A stretch of DNA of 64,000 nt. It comes from an uncultured Gemmatimonadales bacterium. GTDB taxonomy: Bacteria > Gemmatimonadota > Gemmatimonadetes > Gemmatimonadales > GWC2-71-9. The stretch covers positions 256,001 to 320,000 of the forward strand of contig CAVVKJ010000010.1 of the NCBI GenBank assembly GCA_963748815.1, in the 5' to 3' direction. Shown piece by piece: positions 21,128-34,342 of this stretch (position 1 is the stretch's first letter; each line of letters begins with the position of its first letter). Made by a program: the position numbers and the translations under genes. Below the pieces are notes generated by a model that had not been told where the DNA came from, did no database searches, and saw only the letters and a list, made by a program, of their open reading frames with translations.

Positions 21128-22155
21128 CCGCCGGCACGCCGAACGACCTCCTGGGTCGCCCGATGGGCAGCCTCCGGCTCTCGGTCACCGACCGGTGCAA
21201 CATGCGCTGCCGGTACTGCATGCCCGAGGAGGAGTACCGCTGGTTGCCCCGGGCCTCCATCCTCACCTTTGAGGAGCTGACCCGGCTGACCGGCATCTTT
21301 GCCGGACTCGGCGCGGGGAAGGTTCGCCTGACGGGTGGCGAGCCACTCCTTCGGCACGACCTTCCAGACCTGGTCCGGAGGCTCGCAGGGGTGGAGGGGG
21401 TGCGAGACCTGGCGCTCACCACAAACGGCATTCTGCTCGGCGACCGGGCCGCGGCCCTCCGCGCGGCGGGGCTGGGCAGGGTGACCGTCAGCCTCGACAC
21501 CCTTCGGCCGGAGCGGATGGCCGAGTTTGCGCGGAGCGACCGGCACGCCGATGTCCTGGCCGGGATCGCGGCGGCGGCCGCCGCGGGGTTTGCGTCGGTC
21601 AAGCTCAACGCCGTGATCATCCGGGGTTACAACGACGACGAGGTTCTGCCGCTGCTCGAGTTCGCGCGCCGACAGGCGATCGAGGTCCGGTTCATCGAAT
21701 ACATGGATGTCGGCGGGGCCACCCGCTGGTCGCGCGAGCAGGTCGTATCGCAGGCGGACATCCTGTCCGTCATTGCGGCGGCGCACGGACCCGCCGAACC
21801 GGTCCCGGCGCGCGCGGCGGCGCCGGCCGAGCAGTTTCGGCTCCCCGACGGCACGGTGTTCGGCGTCATCGCCTCCACCACCGCGCCGTTCTGCCGGGAC
21901 TGCGACCGGAGCCGCCTGACCGCCGACGGCACCTGGTACCTTTGCCTGTACGCGACGGATGGCATCAACCTCCGCGACATCCTCCGCGAGGGTGCCACCG
22001 ATGCCGAGCTGGCCGCCCGGATCCGCGCGACGTGGAGCAACCGGGCGGACCGCGGGGCGGAGGAGCGGTTGACGGTCCCGTCCCGCGGCGTGCTCTACCA
22101 GGTGGAGACCCTCCGTGCCGATCCGCGGCGCGAGATGCATACCCGCGGAGGCTGA
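21124..22155 (+). CDS. moaA: GTP 3',8-cyclase (radical SAM)
   Basis: LRLSVTDRCNMRCRYCMP, LTGGEP, RFIEYM, FCRDCDRSRLTADG, C-terminal GG. Confidence 0.95.
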   Translation: MTAGTPNDLLGRPMGSLRLSVTDRCNMRCRYCMPEEEYRWLPRASILTFEELTRLTGIFAGLGAGKVRLTGGEPLLRHDLPDLVRRLAGVEGVRDLALTTNGILLGDRAAALRAAGLGRVTVSLDTLRPERMAEFARSDRHADVLAGIAAAAAAGFASVKLNAVIIRGYNDDEVLPLLEFARRQAIEVRFIEYMDVGGATRWSREQVVSQADILSVIAAAHGPAEPVPARAAAPAEQFRLPDGTVFGVIASTTAPFCRDCDRSRLTADGTWYLCLYATDGINLRDILREGATDAELAARIRATWSNRADRGAEERLTVPSRGVLYQVETLRADPRREMHTRGG

Positions 22156-22212
22156 CGCCGGCTCACGGCGCCCGCCCCGCTTCATGACGGTTCCCTTCGG
22201 AGTGCACCACCC

Positions 22213-22740
22213 ATGGCCTTGCATGTCGCGCTCATCGAACCCCGAATCCCGCCCAACACCGGCAACATTGCCCGACTCTGCGCGGCGGCCGGCGCGCCCC
22301 TGCACCTGATCGAACCGCTCGGCTTCTCGGTAGATGACAAGGAGGTCAAGCGCGCCGGTCTCGACTACTGGGACAAGGTGGATCTGTGGGTGCACCCTGA
22401 CTGGTTCGCCTTTCGGGACGCCATCGCCCGCGACCGCACCCTGTACTTCTCCGCCAACGCGACCCGCGACCTCTCGGAGGCCCCGTTCGCCTGGAACAGC
22501 GTGCTCGTGTTCGGCAATGAAACGGACGGGATGCCGGCGCGGATTCTCGAGAAGCACCCGGATCGTTGCTTCAGGATCCCGATGCCGGGGGAGGTCCGGA
22601 GCCTCAACCTGGCCAACGCTGTCAGCGTGGTCCTGTATGAAGGTTTGCGTAGGATTGGCGCGCCGGTTCCCGAGGTGCCCGCCGAAGCGGAGGCCCCCGA
22701 CGAATCACCCAAGAAGAAGCGGAGCCGCCGTCGGCGCTGA
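22213..22740 (+). CDS. trmL: tRNA (cytidine34-2'-O)-methyltransferase (SPOUT)
   Basis: PRIPPNTGNIARLC, LHLIEPLGF, KRAGLDYW, FGNET.G, RSLNLAN. Confidence 0.92.
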   Translation: MALHVALIEPRIPPNTGNIARLCAAAGAPLHLIEPLGFSVDDKEVKRAGLDYWDKVDLWVHPDWFAFRDAIARDRTLYFSANATRDLSEAPFAWNSVLVFGNETDGMPARILEKHPDRCFRIPMPGEVRSLNLANAVSVVLYEGLRRIGAPVPEVPAEAEAPDESPKKKRSRRRR

Positions 22741-22830
22741 CGACCAGCGCCCTTTGAGTGCGGCCGCGGGGTCTTTAGCTTTCAGCGTGCGCCCGCACCC
22801 TTCCGACTCTGACCCGGGACCCTAGAACCC

Positions 22831-23757
22831 ATGCTGCAGAAGATTGCCGTCGTCGGCGCAGGCAACGTCGGCGCCACCGCCGCCCAGCGCCTCGCCGAGA
22901 AGCACCTCGCCCGCACCGTCATCATGATCGACGTCGTCGAAGGGGTCCCGCAGGGCAAGGGCCTCGACCAGTGGGAGTCAGCGCCGATCGAGGGCTTCGA
23001 CACGCGGGTCGTCGGCACGAACGGCTACGACGAGGCGGCGGGGGCGGAGGTGTTCGTCGTCACCGCGGGCATCGCGCGGAAGCCGGGGATGAGCCGCGAC
23101 GACCTCGTCAAGACCAACGCCGGCATCGTGGGCTCCGTGGCGCGCGAAATCAAGCGCGTGGCGCCGCAGAGCATCATCGTGGTGGTGTCCAATCCGCTCG
23201 ACGTGATGTGCCACGTGGCCATGCAGGCGTCCGGGTTCCCGCGGGAGCGGGTCATCGGGATGGCCGGCGTCCTCGACACCGCGCGCTACCGCTCGTTCCT
23301 GGCCGAGGCGCTCGACGTCTCCGTCGAAGACATCCAGGCGATGGTGCTCGGCGGGCACGGCGACACGATGGTGCCCCTGATTTCCTACACCACGGTGTCC
23401 GGCATCCCGGTCACGCAGCTTATCGCGCAGGACAAGCTGGACGCCATCGTGGACCGCACCCGGAAGGGCGGGGCGGAAATCGTGGCGCTGCTCAAGACCG
23501 GCTCCGCCTACTACGCGCCGAGCGCGGCCGCGGTGCAGATGGTCGAGGCCATCGCGCTGGACAAGAAGCGGATCCTCCCCTGTTCGGCCTGGCTGACGGG
23601 GGAGTACGGCCTGACGGACGTGTTCTGCGGCGTGCCGTGCAAGCTGGGCCGGCGCGGACTCGAGGCGATCGTCGAGGTCACGCTGACCGCGGCCGAGCGG
23701 AAGGAACTCCACGCGTCGGCGGCGGCGGTGCGCGAGACGATGGTGGCCATCGGATGA
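22831..23757 (+). CDS. mdh: Malate dehydrogenase (LDH-like)
   Basis: [37 protein letters not shown]. Confidence 0.95.
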   Translation: MLQKIAVVGAGNVGATAAQRLAEKHLARTVIMIDVVEGVPQGKGLDQWESAPIEGFDTRVVGTNGYDEAAGAEVFVVTAGIARKPGMSRDDLVKTNAGIVGSVAREIKRVAPQSIIVVVSNPLDVMCHVAMQASGFPRERVIGMAGVLDTARYRSFLAEALDVSVEDIQAMVLGGHGDTMVPLISYTTVSGIPVTQLIAQDKLDAIVDRTRKGGAEIVALLKTGSAYYAPSAAAVQMVEAIALDKKRILPCSAWLTGEYGLTDVFCGVPCKLGRRGLEAIVEVTLTAAERKELHASAAAVRETMVAIG

Positions 23758-24412
23758 ACGCACCGGTCGACTTCGCGCGGTCCACGGTCGGCCGCAAGGT
23801 CATCATGGCCGTGACCGGCCTGCTGCTCGTCGGGTTCGTGACGGGACACGTGGCGGGCAACCTGCTGGTCTTCAAGGGCCCCGATGCGCTGAACGCCTAT
23901 GGTGCGTTCCTCAAGAGCAGTGCCGCCGTCCTCTGGACGGTTCGCCTCACCCTCCTCACGGCGGTAGGGCTCCACGTCTGGGCCGCGCTGACGCTGATCC
24001 GGCTCAACCGGGACAGCCGCCCGGTGGCGTACGCGAAGCAGGTCCCGCAGTCGTCCACCTTGGCGGCCCGGCTGATGCGGGTCGGCGGCATCTTCCTCCT
24101 CGCCTTCATCGTCTTCCACCTGCTGCATTTCACCACCGGGACGATTCACCCCGGCTACGCCTTCAGCCACACCGACGTGTACGGCAACGTGGTGAGCTCC
24201 TTCCAGGTGCCGTGGGTGGCGTTCGTCTACATCCTGGCGATGGTGGCGCTGCTCGGGCATCTCAGCCATGGCATCTGGAGCTTCTTCCAGACCATGGGAT
24301 GGAGTCATCCCCGCTTCAATCCTGCCCGGCGCGTCTTCGCGACCGTCCTGGCGCTCATTGTGTCGCTGGGGTTCATCGCGATCCCGTCGGCCATTCTCGG
24401 GGGGATGTTGCG

Positions 24413-24416
<4 letters not shown>
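23754..24416 (+). CDS. sdhC: Succinate dehydrogenase cytochrome b subunit (single anchor)
   Basis: STVGRK.IMAVTG, about five TM helices with spaced His; upstream of sdhA. Confidence 0.9.
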
Positions 24417-26332
<1,916 letters not shown>

Positions 26333-26333
<1 letters not shown>

Positions 26334-27109
26334 TGAACCTGACCTTGCACGTGTGGCGCCAGCCCGGCGCCGGCGCCCCGGGCCGGCTGGTGCGCTACGA
26401 GGCCCGGGACATCAGCCCCGACATGTCGTTCCTCGAGATGCTGGACGTCGTGAACGAGGGGCTGATCGGCAAGGGCGAGGCGGCTATCGCGTTCGACCAC
26501 GACTGCCGCGAGGGCATCTGCGGTTCGTGCGGTGTGATGATCAACGGGATCGCCCACGGCCCGATGGCGGGGACCGCCACCTGCCAGCTGCACATGCGCA
26601 GCTTCAAGGACGGCGACGAGATCGTGATCGAACCGTGGCGGGCCCGCGCCTTCCCCGTACTGCGCGACCTCATCGTCGACCGCTCGCCCCTCGACCGGAT
26701 CATCGAGGCCGGGGGCTACGTCAGCATCGCCACCGGCAACGCCCCGGATGCCCACGCCGTCCTCGTGCCGAAGCAGGACGCCGAACGCGCCATGGACGCC
26801 GCGCAGTGCATCGGGTGCGGCGCCTGCGTGGCGGCGTGCCCGAACGCCTCGGCGATGCTCTTCACCGCCGCCAAGGTGTCGCACCTCGGCCTGTTGCCGC
26901 AGGGGCAGCCCGAACGCGACCGGCGCGCCCTGGAAATGGTGACCCAGATGGACCTCGAGGGCTTCGGAGGCTGCACCAACTATGGCGAGTGCACCGAGGC
27001 GTGCCCCAAGGGCATCAGCCTCGAGACGATCGCCCGGATGAACCGCGACTTCCGGGTCGCCGCGCTGCACGCGCGGCCCGAATCGGCGGGGGCGGCCGGG
27101 GCCCCCTGA
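26333..27109 (+). CDS. sdhB: Succinate dehydrogenase iron-sulfur subunit
   Basis: [34 protein letters not shown]. Confidence 0.95.
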
Positions 27110-28342
27110 CCCGCGCGTTCGCCTTGACGCTCGTCCTCGCCGCCCTGCCCGCTGTCCTCCGCGGGCAGGGCGGCTCGACCTCGGCCACCATCGCTGGCCG
27201 GGGGATCGTCACCGCCACCTATGTCAGTCGAGAGCCCTACGGCGGCGACGCCTTCCAGATTCGCCTGGTCCAGCCGATGCTGATGGCGCACGCCACCGCC
27301 TATCACCGCGCGCTCCGCGTCACCACCACGGTGGACTTCGAGGCCTGGACCATTCCCGACGGCGAGTTGACCATCGGCGCCTGGGGCGAGGGCTACGTCG
27401 ACCGGCGGCATCCGCACACGATTTTTCATGAATTGATGGTGTCCGGGGTCGGCCAGGCGGGCTCGACCGAGTTCTCGCTCAGCGCCGGCAAGGGGTTCGC
27501 GGCGTTCGGGAGCGACGACCCCTCCAACCGCCTGACGCTCCGGTATCCCGTCAACCATCACTGGAGCCAGATCCTGGAGCGGGCGGTGCTCACCGGCGGC
27601 GTCCTCGCGGGCCCGGTCATGGTGGAGGCGTCGCTGTTCAACGGGGACGAGCCGGAATACCCGCAGGAGACGCCTAATATCGATCGCTTCGGCGATTCCT
27701 GGTCCGCGCGGCTTACCGTGTTTCCTGTGCAGGGGCTTCAACTCGAGGCGTCCTACGCTTCAGTGCAATCGCCGGAGCATCGGGCCGGGTCTGGCACCGA
27801 CCAGGACAAATGGCACGCCTCTGCGCAGTGGACTCGCCCCCTGGGCGGCCACCCCTTCTACGCCATGGCGGAGTGGGCGGAGACCAGCGAGAGCGAAGGG
27901 CTGTTCGTCTTCGACTCATTCCTGGCGGAAATGGCCTGGAATCCTGGAAAGGTGCGCGTCTATTATCAGTTCGAGCGCACGGAGCGACCCGAGGAGGAGC
28001 GCCTCTACGGGCGGCCGACGCGGAGCGTCCGCCCCCATTTGGAGGACGCGATCCTCGGGACCACGCGGTGGACGCTGAACACCGTCGGGGTCGGGCGCGA
28101 CCTGCTGGCCGGCGGAGGGGTGGCACGACTCCGGCCGTTCGTCGAGAGTCTCTTATGCGACGGTCGCGTCGGCCGGGCCTGGGGTGTTCGATCCAGCCCT
28201 CTGGTATGGTGGCACCGATTTCTGGGGGCTGAGCGTCGGGATGACGGTCGGACTGGGGCGGACGGCGTTTACGCACATGATGGGGCGCTACGGGGTGTCG
28301 GAAGACGCGCAATCCCGAACCTCCGCTTCACACCAGCACTGA
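27106..28342 (+). CDS. Hypothetical His-rich outer-membrane beta-barrel protein (+1 frameshift ~28147)
   Basis: Signal-like N-terminus, amphipathic strands, [12 protein letters not shown] and [12 protein letters not shown]; shifted frame gives VSYATV...THMMGRYG...SHQH-stop at 28342; start uncertain (CTG 27106 or TTG 27124). Confidence 0.65.
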
Positions 28343-28343
28343 G

Positions 28344-30095
28344 ATGAGGCCTATGCAGACACTCCCCTGGCGATTCGTCGGCCCTGCCGCCCTCCTGTGG
28401 ACGGCGGCCTGTGGCGGGTCGGACGGTGCGGGACCGACGCCGACCCGGGTTATTGCCGTCGCGGCTGGAGATGGGCAGTCGGCGGCGGTCACCACCGGCG
28501 CCTCGCTCACGGCGCGGGTCACCGACCCGTCGGGCGCCCCAGAATCGGGTGTGACCGTCAGCTGGTCGGTGGTGAGCGGTGGCGGCAGCATCACCTCGTC
28601 GAGCGTAACTGACGCCGACGGCCGGGCTGCCGCCACCTTCACGCTTGGGCAGATCGCCGGCTCCCAGCGTGCCCGCGCGACGGCGGATGGCGTCGGAGGC
28701 TCCCCCGCCAATTTCACGGTCACCGCGGTGGCCGGTCCCGCCACGCAACTCAAGAAGAGCACCGGCGACGGTCAGTCGGGGTGGGCGGGCTCGGCGCTGC
28801 CCATCGCCTACGCCGTCACGGTGCAGGACCAGTTCAACAACCCGGTGGCCGGCGCCACCGTCAATTGGACCGTCACAGGCGGCGGCGGCACGGTCTCGGC
28901 CCCCTCGACGCTTACGGCCGCCTCCGGGGCGGCCACGGTCATCCACACCCTCGGCAATGGCGCCGCCAGCCAAACGGTCGCGGCGACGTCGCCGGCGGTG
29001 ACGGGCACCACGATCACCTTTACCGCGACGGCCACGACCGGGATTCGGCTCGCCAGCACGGTCGGGGTGCCGGCCAACTACGGACTGCACGACACCTACG
29101 TCCGGGACGGACTCGCCTTCCTCTGCGTGTGGGATGAAGGGGTGTACATCTACGATGTGGGGAACGGGATGGCCGGCGGGACCATCGAGGCGCCCAAGCT
29201 GGTCAGCTCAATCAAGACGGCCGGCGGCAACGCCCACAACGCCTGGTGGTATCACTCGCCGCTCGGCTCGAAGCGGTATCTCTTCGTCGGCGAGGAGGGG
29301 GCAGGGAGCGTCGGCTCCTCGAGTTCCGGCTCCATCCACGTCGTGGACGTTTCCAATCTTGCGTCCCCGGTCGAGGTCGGCACGTACACGCTGGCGGGAG
29401 CGGGCACGCACAACTTCTGGGTGGACGAGAGCGCGGAAATCCTCTACGCGGCGTTCTACAACGGGGGCGTGGTGGCACTCGACGTTTCCGGGACCCTTCC
29501 GGGGAACCTGGCCACCCGTGAACTCGCGCGCATCCAGCCGGGCGGCGCGGGAAACACCTATGTCTGGGGCGTCATGCAGTACCAGGGCGACCTGTTCGCC
29601 TCCGACATGCTGAGCGGCTTCTGGCGCCTGCGCTACAACGGCGGGAGTTTCTCGGTCGTCGGGGGCGGGAACAACGTGCCGGAACGCTTCACCTCGGACC
29701 TGTGGGTCCAGAACGGGTACGGCTATACCGGCGGGTGGGGCAACCGGGGCACGCAGCCGGGCAATGCGGTCAAGATCTGGCAGGTTGGCGCCGCCGCCCC
29801 CGTGCTGGTGGATTCGGTCGTGGTCAGCGGCATCACGACGGTCAGCGATGTGCAGGTCAGCGCCGACGGCAAGCTGCTGGTCTTCAGCGCCGAAAACGGT
29901 CCCAATGCCGGCCTGCACGTCTATTCGCTGGTGGCTTCGCCGAGCCGGCCGGTCTTCCTCGCGAGCTACCTGGTGTCGCAGGGCCTGCACACCGCCACCG
30001 TCGAGACGATTGCGGGGCGGACGTACGTCTTCGCCGCCCGGAACCCCGCAAACCCGGCGCTCCTGACGTTCGAGATCACCTCGCTCATCCCCTGA
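28344..30095 (+). CDS. Lipoprotein with two Ig-like (Big_1-type) domains and LVIVD-repeat beta-propeller
   Basis: Lipobox LLWTAAC; GDGQS...V.D..G.P..G..V.W repeats; IYDV, IHVVDVSN..SP..VG, VVALDVS blades. Confidence 0.8.
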   Translation: MRPMQTLPWRFVGPAALLWTAACGGSDGAGPTPTRVIAVAAGDGQSAAVTTGASLTARVTDPSGAPESGVTVSWSVVSGGGSITSSSVTDADGRAAATFTLGQIAGSQRARATADGVGGSPANFTVTAVAGPATQLKKSTGDGQSGWAGSALPIAYAVTVQDQFNNPVAGATVNWTVTGGGGTVSAPSTLTAASGAATVIHTLGNGAASQTVAATSPAVTGTTITFTATATTGIRLASTVGVPANYGLHDTYVRDGLAFLCVWDEGVYIYDVGNGMAGGTIEAPKLVSSIKTAGGNAHNAWWYHSPLGSKRYLFVGEEGAGSVGSSSSGSIHVVDVSNLASPVEVGTYTLAGAGTHNFWVDESAEILYAAFYNGGVVALDVSGTLPGNLATRELARIQPGGAGNTYVWGVMQYQGDLFASDMLSGFWRLRYNGGSFSVVGGGNNVPERFTSDLWVQNGYGYTGGWGNRGTQPGNAVKIWQVGAAAPVLVDSVVVSGITTVSDVQVSADGKLLVFSAENGPNAGLHVYSLVASPSRPVFLASYLVSQGLHTATVETIAGRTYVFAARNPANPALLTFEITSLIP

Positions 30096-30110
30096 GCGGG
30101 CCGCATGGAC

Positions 30111-30146
30111 GAACGGGGAGGCGCCCAGGCGGGTGCCTCCCCGTTC
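30111..30146. terminator. Probable bidirectional terminator hairpin between convergent genes
   Basis: GAACGGGGAGGCGCCC-aggc-GGGTGCCTCCCCGTTC, 16-bp stem with one G-U. Confidence 0.7.
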
Positions 30147-30169
30147 GCGTTCCGTCACCCTTCCGTCGG

Positions 30170-32149
30170 CTAGGGCGTGGGAGCCGGCACCTGCCCGGTC
30201 TGGTTGTTGGCGCGGTTGACGTCCGGGAACACCTCGGCCGCGTCGACGCTCACGCCTACCACTCGCTTGCCCGGGACGGCGAGGGTGAAGGTGCTCCCCC
30301 CATACCAGATTTCCACGGGGAGGCGCCGCTGTTCCGGTGGCGCGCCGTCGAAGTAGAGGGTCAGGTCAAGCGGCATCACCATCGGTCCGGCATTCGTGAG
30401 GTAGACGCGCGACTGCGGGACGCCCTGCCGCTCCGTCACCTTGATCGAGTCAACGGCCTGGTCGAGCGTTTCGGTGGTGTAGAACCACGACCGCCAGAAC
30501 CAGCTCAGGTCTTCTCCGACGCCGTCCTCCATGGTGCGGAAGAAGTCGGCGGGAGTCGGGTGCTTGTACGCCCAGCGCCGGATGTACTCCCGGAACGCCG
30601 GATCGAACCGCTCCGGACCGAGAATCTCCTCCCGGAGCACGATCAGCCCGAATCCGGGCTTGTTGTAGGCCGCCTGACCCAGGATCGGTCCAGGGGTGCG
30701 GTCGGCCGGCGTGATGATGGGGACCTCGCGCCCGGACAGGGCGTAGCCCACGTAGGTCTTGCCGTTGCCGCGCCGGTTCGGAGCGTCCGGGTAGCGGAGT
30801 TTCCAGTTGTAGTAGTTGATGAAGGTGTTGAACCCCTCGTCCATCCACGGATAGAGCCGCTCGTTGCTTCCCACCACCATCGGGAACCAGGTGTGGCCGA
30901 ATTCGTGATCCGTCACGCTGTAGAGCGCCTGCGCGTTGGTGCGGTTCCCGCAGAAGACGATCATCGGGTATTCCATCCCACCCTCGGGGCCGTTGACGTT
31001 GATCGCCACGGGGTAGGGATAGGGGAACCACTGCTTCGAGTAGGCCTCGATCGCAAACTTCGCGTACTGGCTCGACTGGTTCCAGATCGAGTCGGCGGAC
31101 GGGGGGTAGAGGCTCATCGCGAGCGTCTTGCCGTTGTTGACGCCCACGGCATCCCAGATGAAATGCCGCGCGGCGGCCCACGCGAAATCGCGGACGCTGT
31201 CGGCGTGGAATCGCCAGGTGAGCGTCCCGGACGCGGGCCGGGGGCGGGAGGCGGGGTCGTTGATCTCCTGCACGCCGCGGATGACCACCGTCGCGTCACT
31301 GGTCCGCGCGGCCGCCAGCCGGGACCGCTGCGTGGCGGTGAGCACCTCGGCTGGATTCTGGAGGACGCCGGTGGCGCCGACGATCATGTTGGCCGGCACC
31401 GTCAGGCTGACGTCGAACGAGCCGTACTCGAGATAGAACTCCCCCTGGCCCAGGTACTGCTCGGTATTCCAGCCGCGGACGTCGTCGTACACCGCCATCC
31501 GCGGATACCACTGCGCCACTTCAAAGACGTAGCTGCTGTCGACGAGCTCGATGCCCATCCGGTTGGTGATGGTGGTGTCGAAGGGGAAGGACCAGGCGAA
31601 CTCGAGCGTGATGCGGTCCTTCGGCGGGAGCGGACGGGACAGGTCGACGCGCATCATGGTGCCGTTGACCAGGTGCGGTGCCTCCGCGGCGGCGCGGGCG
31701 GTCTTCCGCCCCCCGCCGGCGGGGGCGCCGACCGCGACGCGGCTCAGCGTCACCCCGCCGTCCGCCCCCCGGGGCCCGAACCGGGTGTTCGGGGGCATCA
31801 TCGCCGTCCCCCGGCTGGTCTGGCTGAAGACGTTCTGGTCGAGCTGGATCCAGACGTAGCGGAGGGTGTCGGAAGAGTTGTTGGTGTAGGTGATGGTTTC
31901 CTCGCCGGACAGTCGGCGCGCTACGGTGTCGAGCGTGGCGCGAATGACGTAGTCGGCTCGCTGCTGCCAGTAGCTCCGACCGGGCATGCCGCTTCCCGTC
32001 CTGATCGTGGTCGGGGTCGGGAGGTCGAGGCGCCGAAACTGTGATTGATCGGTGGTCGGGGGCGGGACGGGCTTCGGTGGCGTGGCGGGGGTTTGGGCCG
32101 CCAACGGGGCCGCCAAGAGAGCTGTAATGACGAACAGGCCTGCGCGCAC
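30170..32149 (-). CDS. Exported M1 family zinc aminopeptidase
   Basis: Signal peptide; GGMEYP, HEFGH...WMDEG (HExxH-x18-E), AYNKP. Confidence 0.9.
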   Translation of the reverse strand: MRAGLFVITALLAAPLAAQTPATPPKPVPPPTTDQSQFRRLDLPTPTTIRTGSGMPGRSYWQQRADYVIRATLDTVARRLSGEETITYTNNSSDTLRYVWIQLDQNVFSQTSRGTAMMPPNTRFGPRGADGGVTLSRVAVGAPAGGGRKTARAAAEAPHLVNGTMMRVDLSRPLPPKDRITLEFAWSFPFDTTITNRMGIELVDSSYVFEVAQWYPRMAVYDDVRGWNTEQYLGQGEFYLEYGSFDVSLTVPANMIVGATGVLQNPAEVLTATQRSRLAAARTSDATVVIRGVQEINDPASRPRPASGTLTWRFHADSVRDFAWAAARHFIWDAVGVNNGKTLAMSLYPPSADSIWNQSSQYAKFAIEAYSKQWFPYPYPVAINVNGPEGGMEYPMIVFCGNRTNAQALYSVTDHEFGHTWFPMVVGSNERLYPWMDEGFNTFINYYNWKLRYPDAPNRRGNGKTYVGYALSGREVPIITPADRTPGPILGQAAYNKPGFGLIVLREEILGPERFDPAFREYIRRWAYKHPTPADFFRTMEDGVGEDLSWFWRSWFYTTETLDQAVDSIKVTERQGVPQSRVYLTNAGPMVMPLDLTLYFDGAPPEQRRLPVEIWYGGSTFTLAVPGKRVVGVSVDAAEVFPDVNRANNQTGQVPAPTP

Positions 32150-32230
32150 GGGACGCTCCCTGAGGTCGAGGTTGTCGGGGGTCGGGGGCGGGTCGATATT
32201 TCCGCCTCACCTCACCTACGGGATGACGGC

Positions 32231-34342
32231 ATGATCCGTTTCCGATTCGTTCTGCTGCTGCTGCTGCTCCTGCCTTCCGGTGTCATGGCGCAATCGCTCG
32301 CCGGGTTCAGCGCCGCGGATGCGGACCGTCAGCGGGCGCTGGAACGGATCATGGACACCGTCGTCACCGCGGCCAGCGTGCGGGATGACTCCCGGACGCT
32401 GTCCGCGGTCCCCCACGTTGCCGGCACCTCCGCCCAGCGGCGCACCGCGCAGTACGTGAACAATGAACTCGCCGCGGCGGGATTCGACACCTCGAGCGTG
32501 TCGTTCCGCGTGTACATCCCGTTCCAGGACTCGGCGGTCGTCGAGCTCGTCCACCCCGTGCGCAAGCGGTTCGCGCTCCAGGAGCCGGCGCTCCGGGAGG
32601 ATCCCTCGACGCATGGCACCATCTGGCCCGCCATGAACGGCTACAGCGGGGTGGGGGACGTCTCCGGCTCGGTCGTCTACGTGAACTACGGCCTGCCGGC
32701 GGACTACGTTCAACTCGATTCGATGGGTGTCTCGGTGCAGGGGAGGGTAGTGATCGCACGGTATGGACGGTCGTATCGCGGGATCAAGGCCCGCGAGGCC
32801 GAGGCGCACGGGGCGGCGGCGTTGCTGCTGTACTCGGATCCCCAGGACGACGGCTACTTCGTCGGCCCGACATACCCGGCCGGTCCCATGCGGCACCCCG
32901 ACTCCCCGCAACGGGGAAGCCTTGGCGACGGCAACACCCGGGGCGATCTGTCGACACCCGGCTGGCCGTCCACGGATGAGGCGAGGCGCCTCCCCCAGGA
33001 TTCGATTTCCGGGCCGAGAATCCCCGTGGTGCCGATCGGATATCGCAACGCGCAGGCCATGCTCCAGCCGCTCGAGGGCCCGGAAGTCCCGCAGTCGTGG
33101 CAGGGGGGGCTGCCCTTCCGCTACCGGGTCGGCGGGGGCGACGTCGTCGCCCGCGTCGCCGTGTGGGCCCAGCGTGGGGAGGCCGCCTACAAGACGATCA
33201 CCAACACCATCGCCGTCCTGCGCGGCAGCACCTGGCCCGATCGGTGGGTCATGGCGGGCGGGCATCGCGACGCCTGGGGTCCCGGCGCCGCCGACAACGT
33301 GAGCGGCGTCTCCACGATCCTCGAAGCGGGGCGGGCCATCGGCGCAGCGGCCTCGGCCGGCTACGGCCCCAGGCGGACGATCGTCCTGGCGACGTGGGAC
33401 GGCGAGGAATGGGGGTTGCTCGGATCCGTGGAGTACGTCGAGCTGATGGCGGACACCCTCCGCGACCGTGCGATCGGCTACCTCAACCTCGATGTCAGCG
33501 CCAACGGCCGGAACTTCCACGCCGCCGGCACCGCGTCGTTGCGGGCGTTCGTCCGCGAACTGGCGACCGCCGCCGAACAGCCGGGCGACACGGTCTCCGT
33601 CTACGATGCATGGCGCCGGGACACCCGCCGCGCCGACTCCGCGTCGGTGCCCTTCGGCGACCTGGGCGGCGGGAGCGACTTCGCGGGGTTCTACAATGTG
33701 CTCGGCATCCCCTCCTTCGATTTCGGCTTCGGCGGGCGCTACGGCGTCTACCACTCGGCCTACGACTCGTTCAACTGGATGGACCGGTACGGCGACCCGG
33801 GGTTCCTGAGCCACGCCGCGGCGGCGCGCATGTCGGCGATCGCGTTGACCCGCCTTGCCAATGCCGACCTGCTCCCCTACGACTACGCGGAATTCGGGCG
33901 GGCCCTCGGTGAGCTGGTGGCGACGCGCCGGGCACAGGCCTCGGCCGCCGGTATGGCGCTCTCGGGATGGTCCGAATTGGACAGTGCCGTCGCGCGCCTG
34001 GTGCGCGCGGGCGAATCGGTGACCGGCGGCGTCAGCCCCGCGTCGCGGCGGCCACCGACCCCGGTGGCGCTGGCCGCGGCCAACGATTCCCTCCGCCTGG
34101 CGGAACGGGCCTTCGTCCGGCCGGAGGGGATTCCCGGCCGGCCCTTCTACCTGCACGTGCTGTTCGCGCCTGGACGGGACGACGGGTACGGCGCGGTCGG
34201 GCTGCCGGGGCTGGAGGGGGCCATTGTGGATGGGGATGCCGCGCTGGCGGGCGCCGAGCTGGTCGACCTGACCGACCGAACGAACAAGGCCGCCGCCCTG
34301 GTGGAAGGCGCGGCGGCTGTTCTGGGTGCGTCGCGGCCCTAG
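32231..34342 (+). CDS. Exported M28 peptidase, glutamate carboxypeptidase II-like (PA + TfR-dimer domains)
   Basis: Signal peptide; [50 protein letters not shown]. Confidence 0.9.
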   Translation: MIRFRFVLLLLLLLPSGVMAQSLAGFSAADADRQRALERIMDTVVTAASVRDDSRTLSAVPHVAGTSAQRRTAQYVNNELAAAGFDTSSVSFRVYIPFQDSAVVELVHPVRKRFALQEPALREDPSTHGTIWPAMNGYSGVGDVSGSVVYVNYGLPADYVQLDSMGVSVQGRVVIARYGRSYRGIKAREAEAHGAAALLLYSDPQDDGYFVGPTYPAGPMRHPDSPQRGSLGDGNTRGDLSTPGWPSTDEARRLPQDSISGPRIPVVPIGYRNAQAMLQPLEGPEVPQSWQGGLPFRYRVGGGDVVARVAVWAQRGEAAYKTITNTIAVLRGSTWPDRWVMAGGHRDAWGPGAADNVSGVSTILEAGRAIGAAASAGYGPRRTIVLATWDGEEWGLLGSVEYVELMADTLRDRAIGYLNLDVSANGRNFHAAGTASLRAFVRELATAAEQPGDTVSVYDAWRRDTRRADSASVPFGDLGGGSDFAGFYNVLGIPSFDFGFGGRYGVYHSAYDSFNWMDRYGDPGFLSHAAAARMSAIALTRLANADLLPYDYAEFGRALGELVATRRAQASAAGMALSGWSELDSAVARLVRAGESVTGGVSPASRRPPTPVALAAANDSLRLAERAFVRPEGIPGRPFYLHVLFAPGRDDGYGAVGLPGLEGAIVDGDAALAGAELVDLTDRTNKAAALVEGAAAVLGASRP

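Noticed and set aside
29702..32044. 780-aa + strand ORF
   Set aside because: Shadow of the minus-strand M1 peptidase; no motifs
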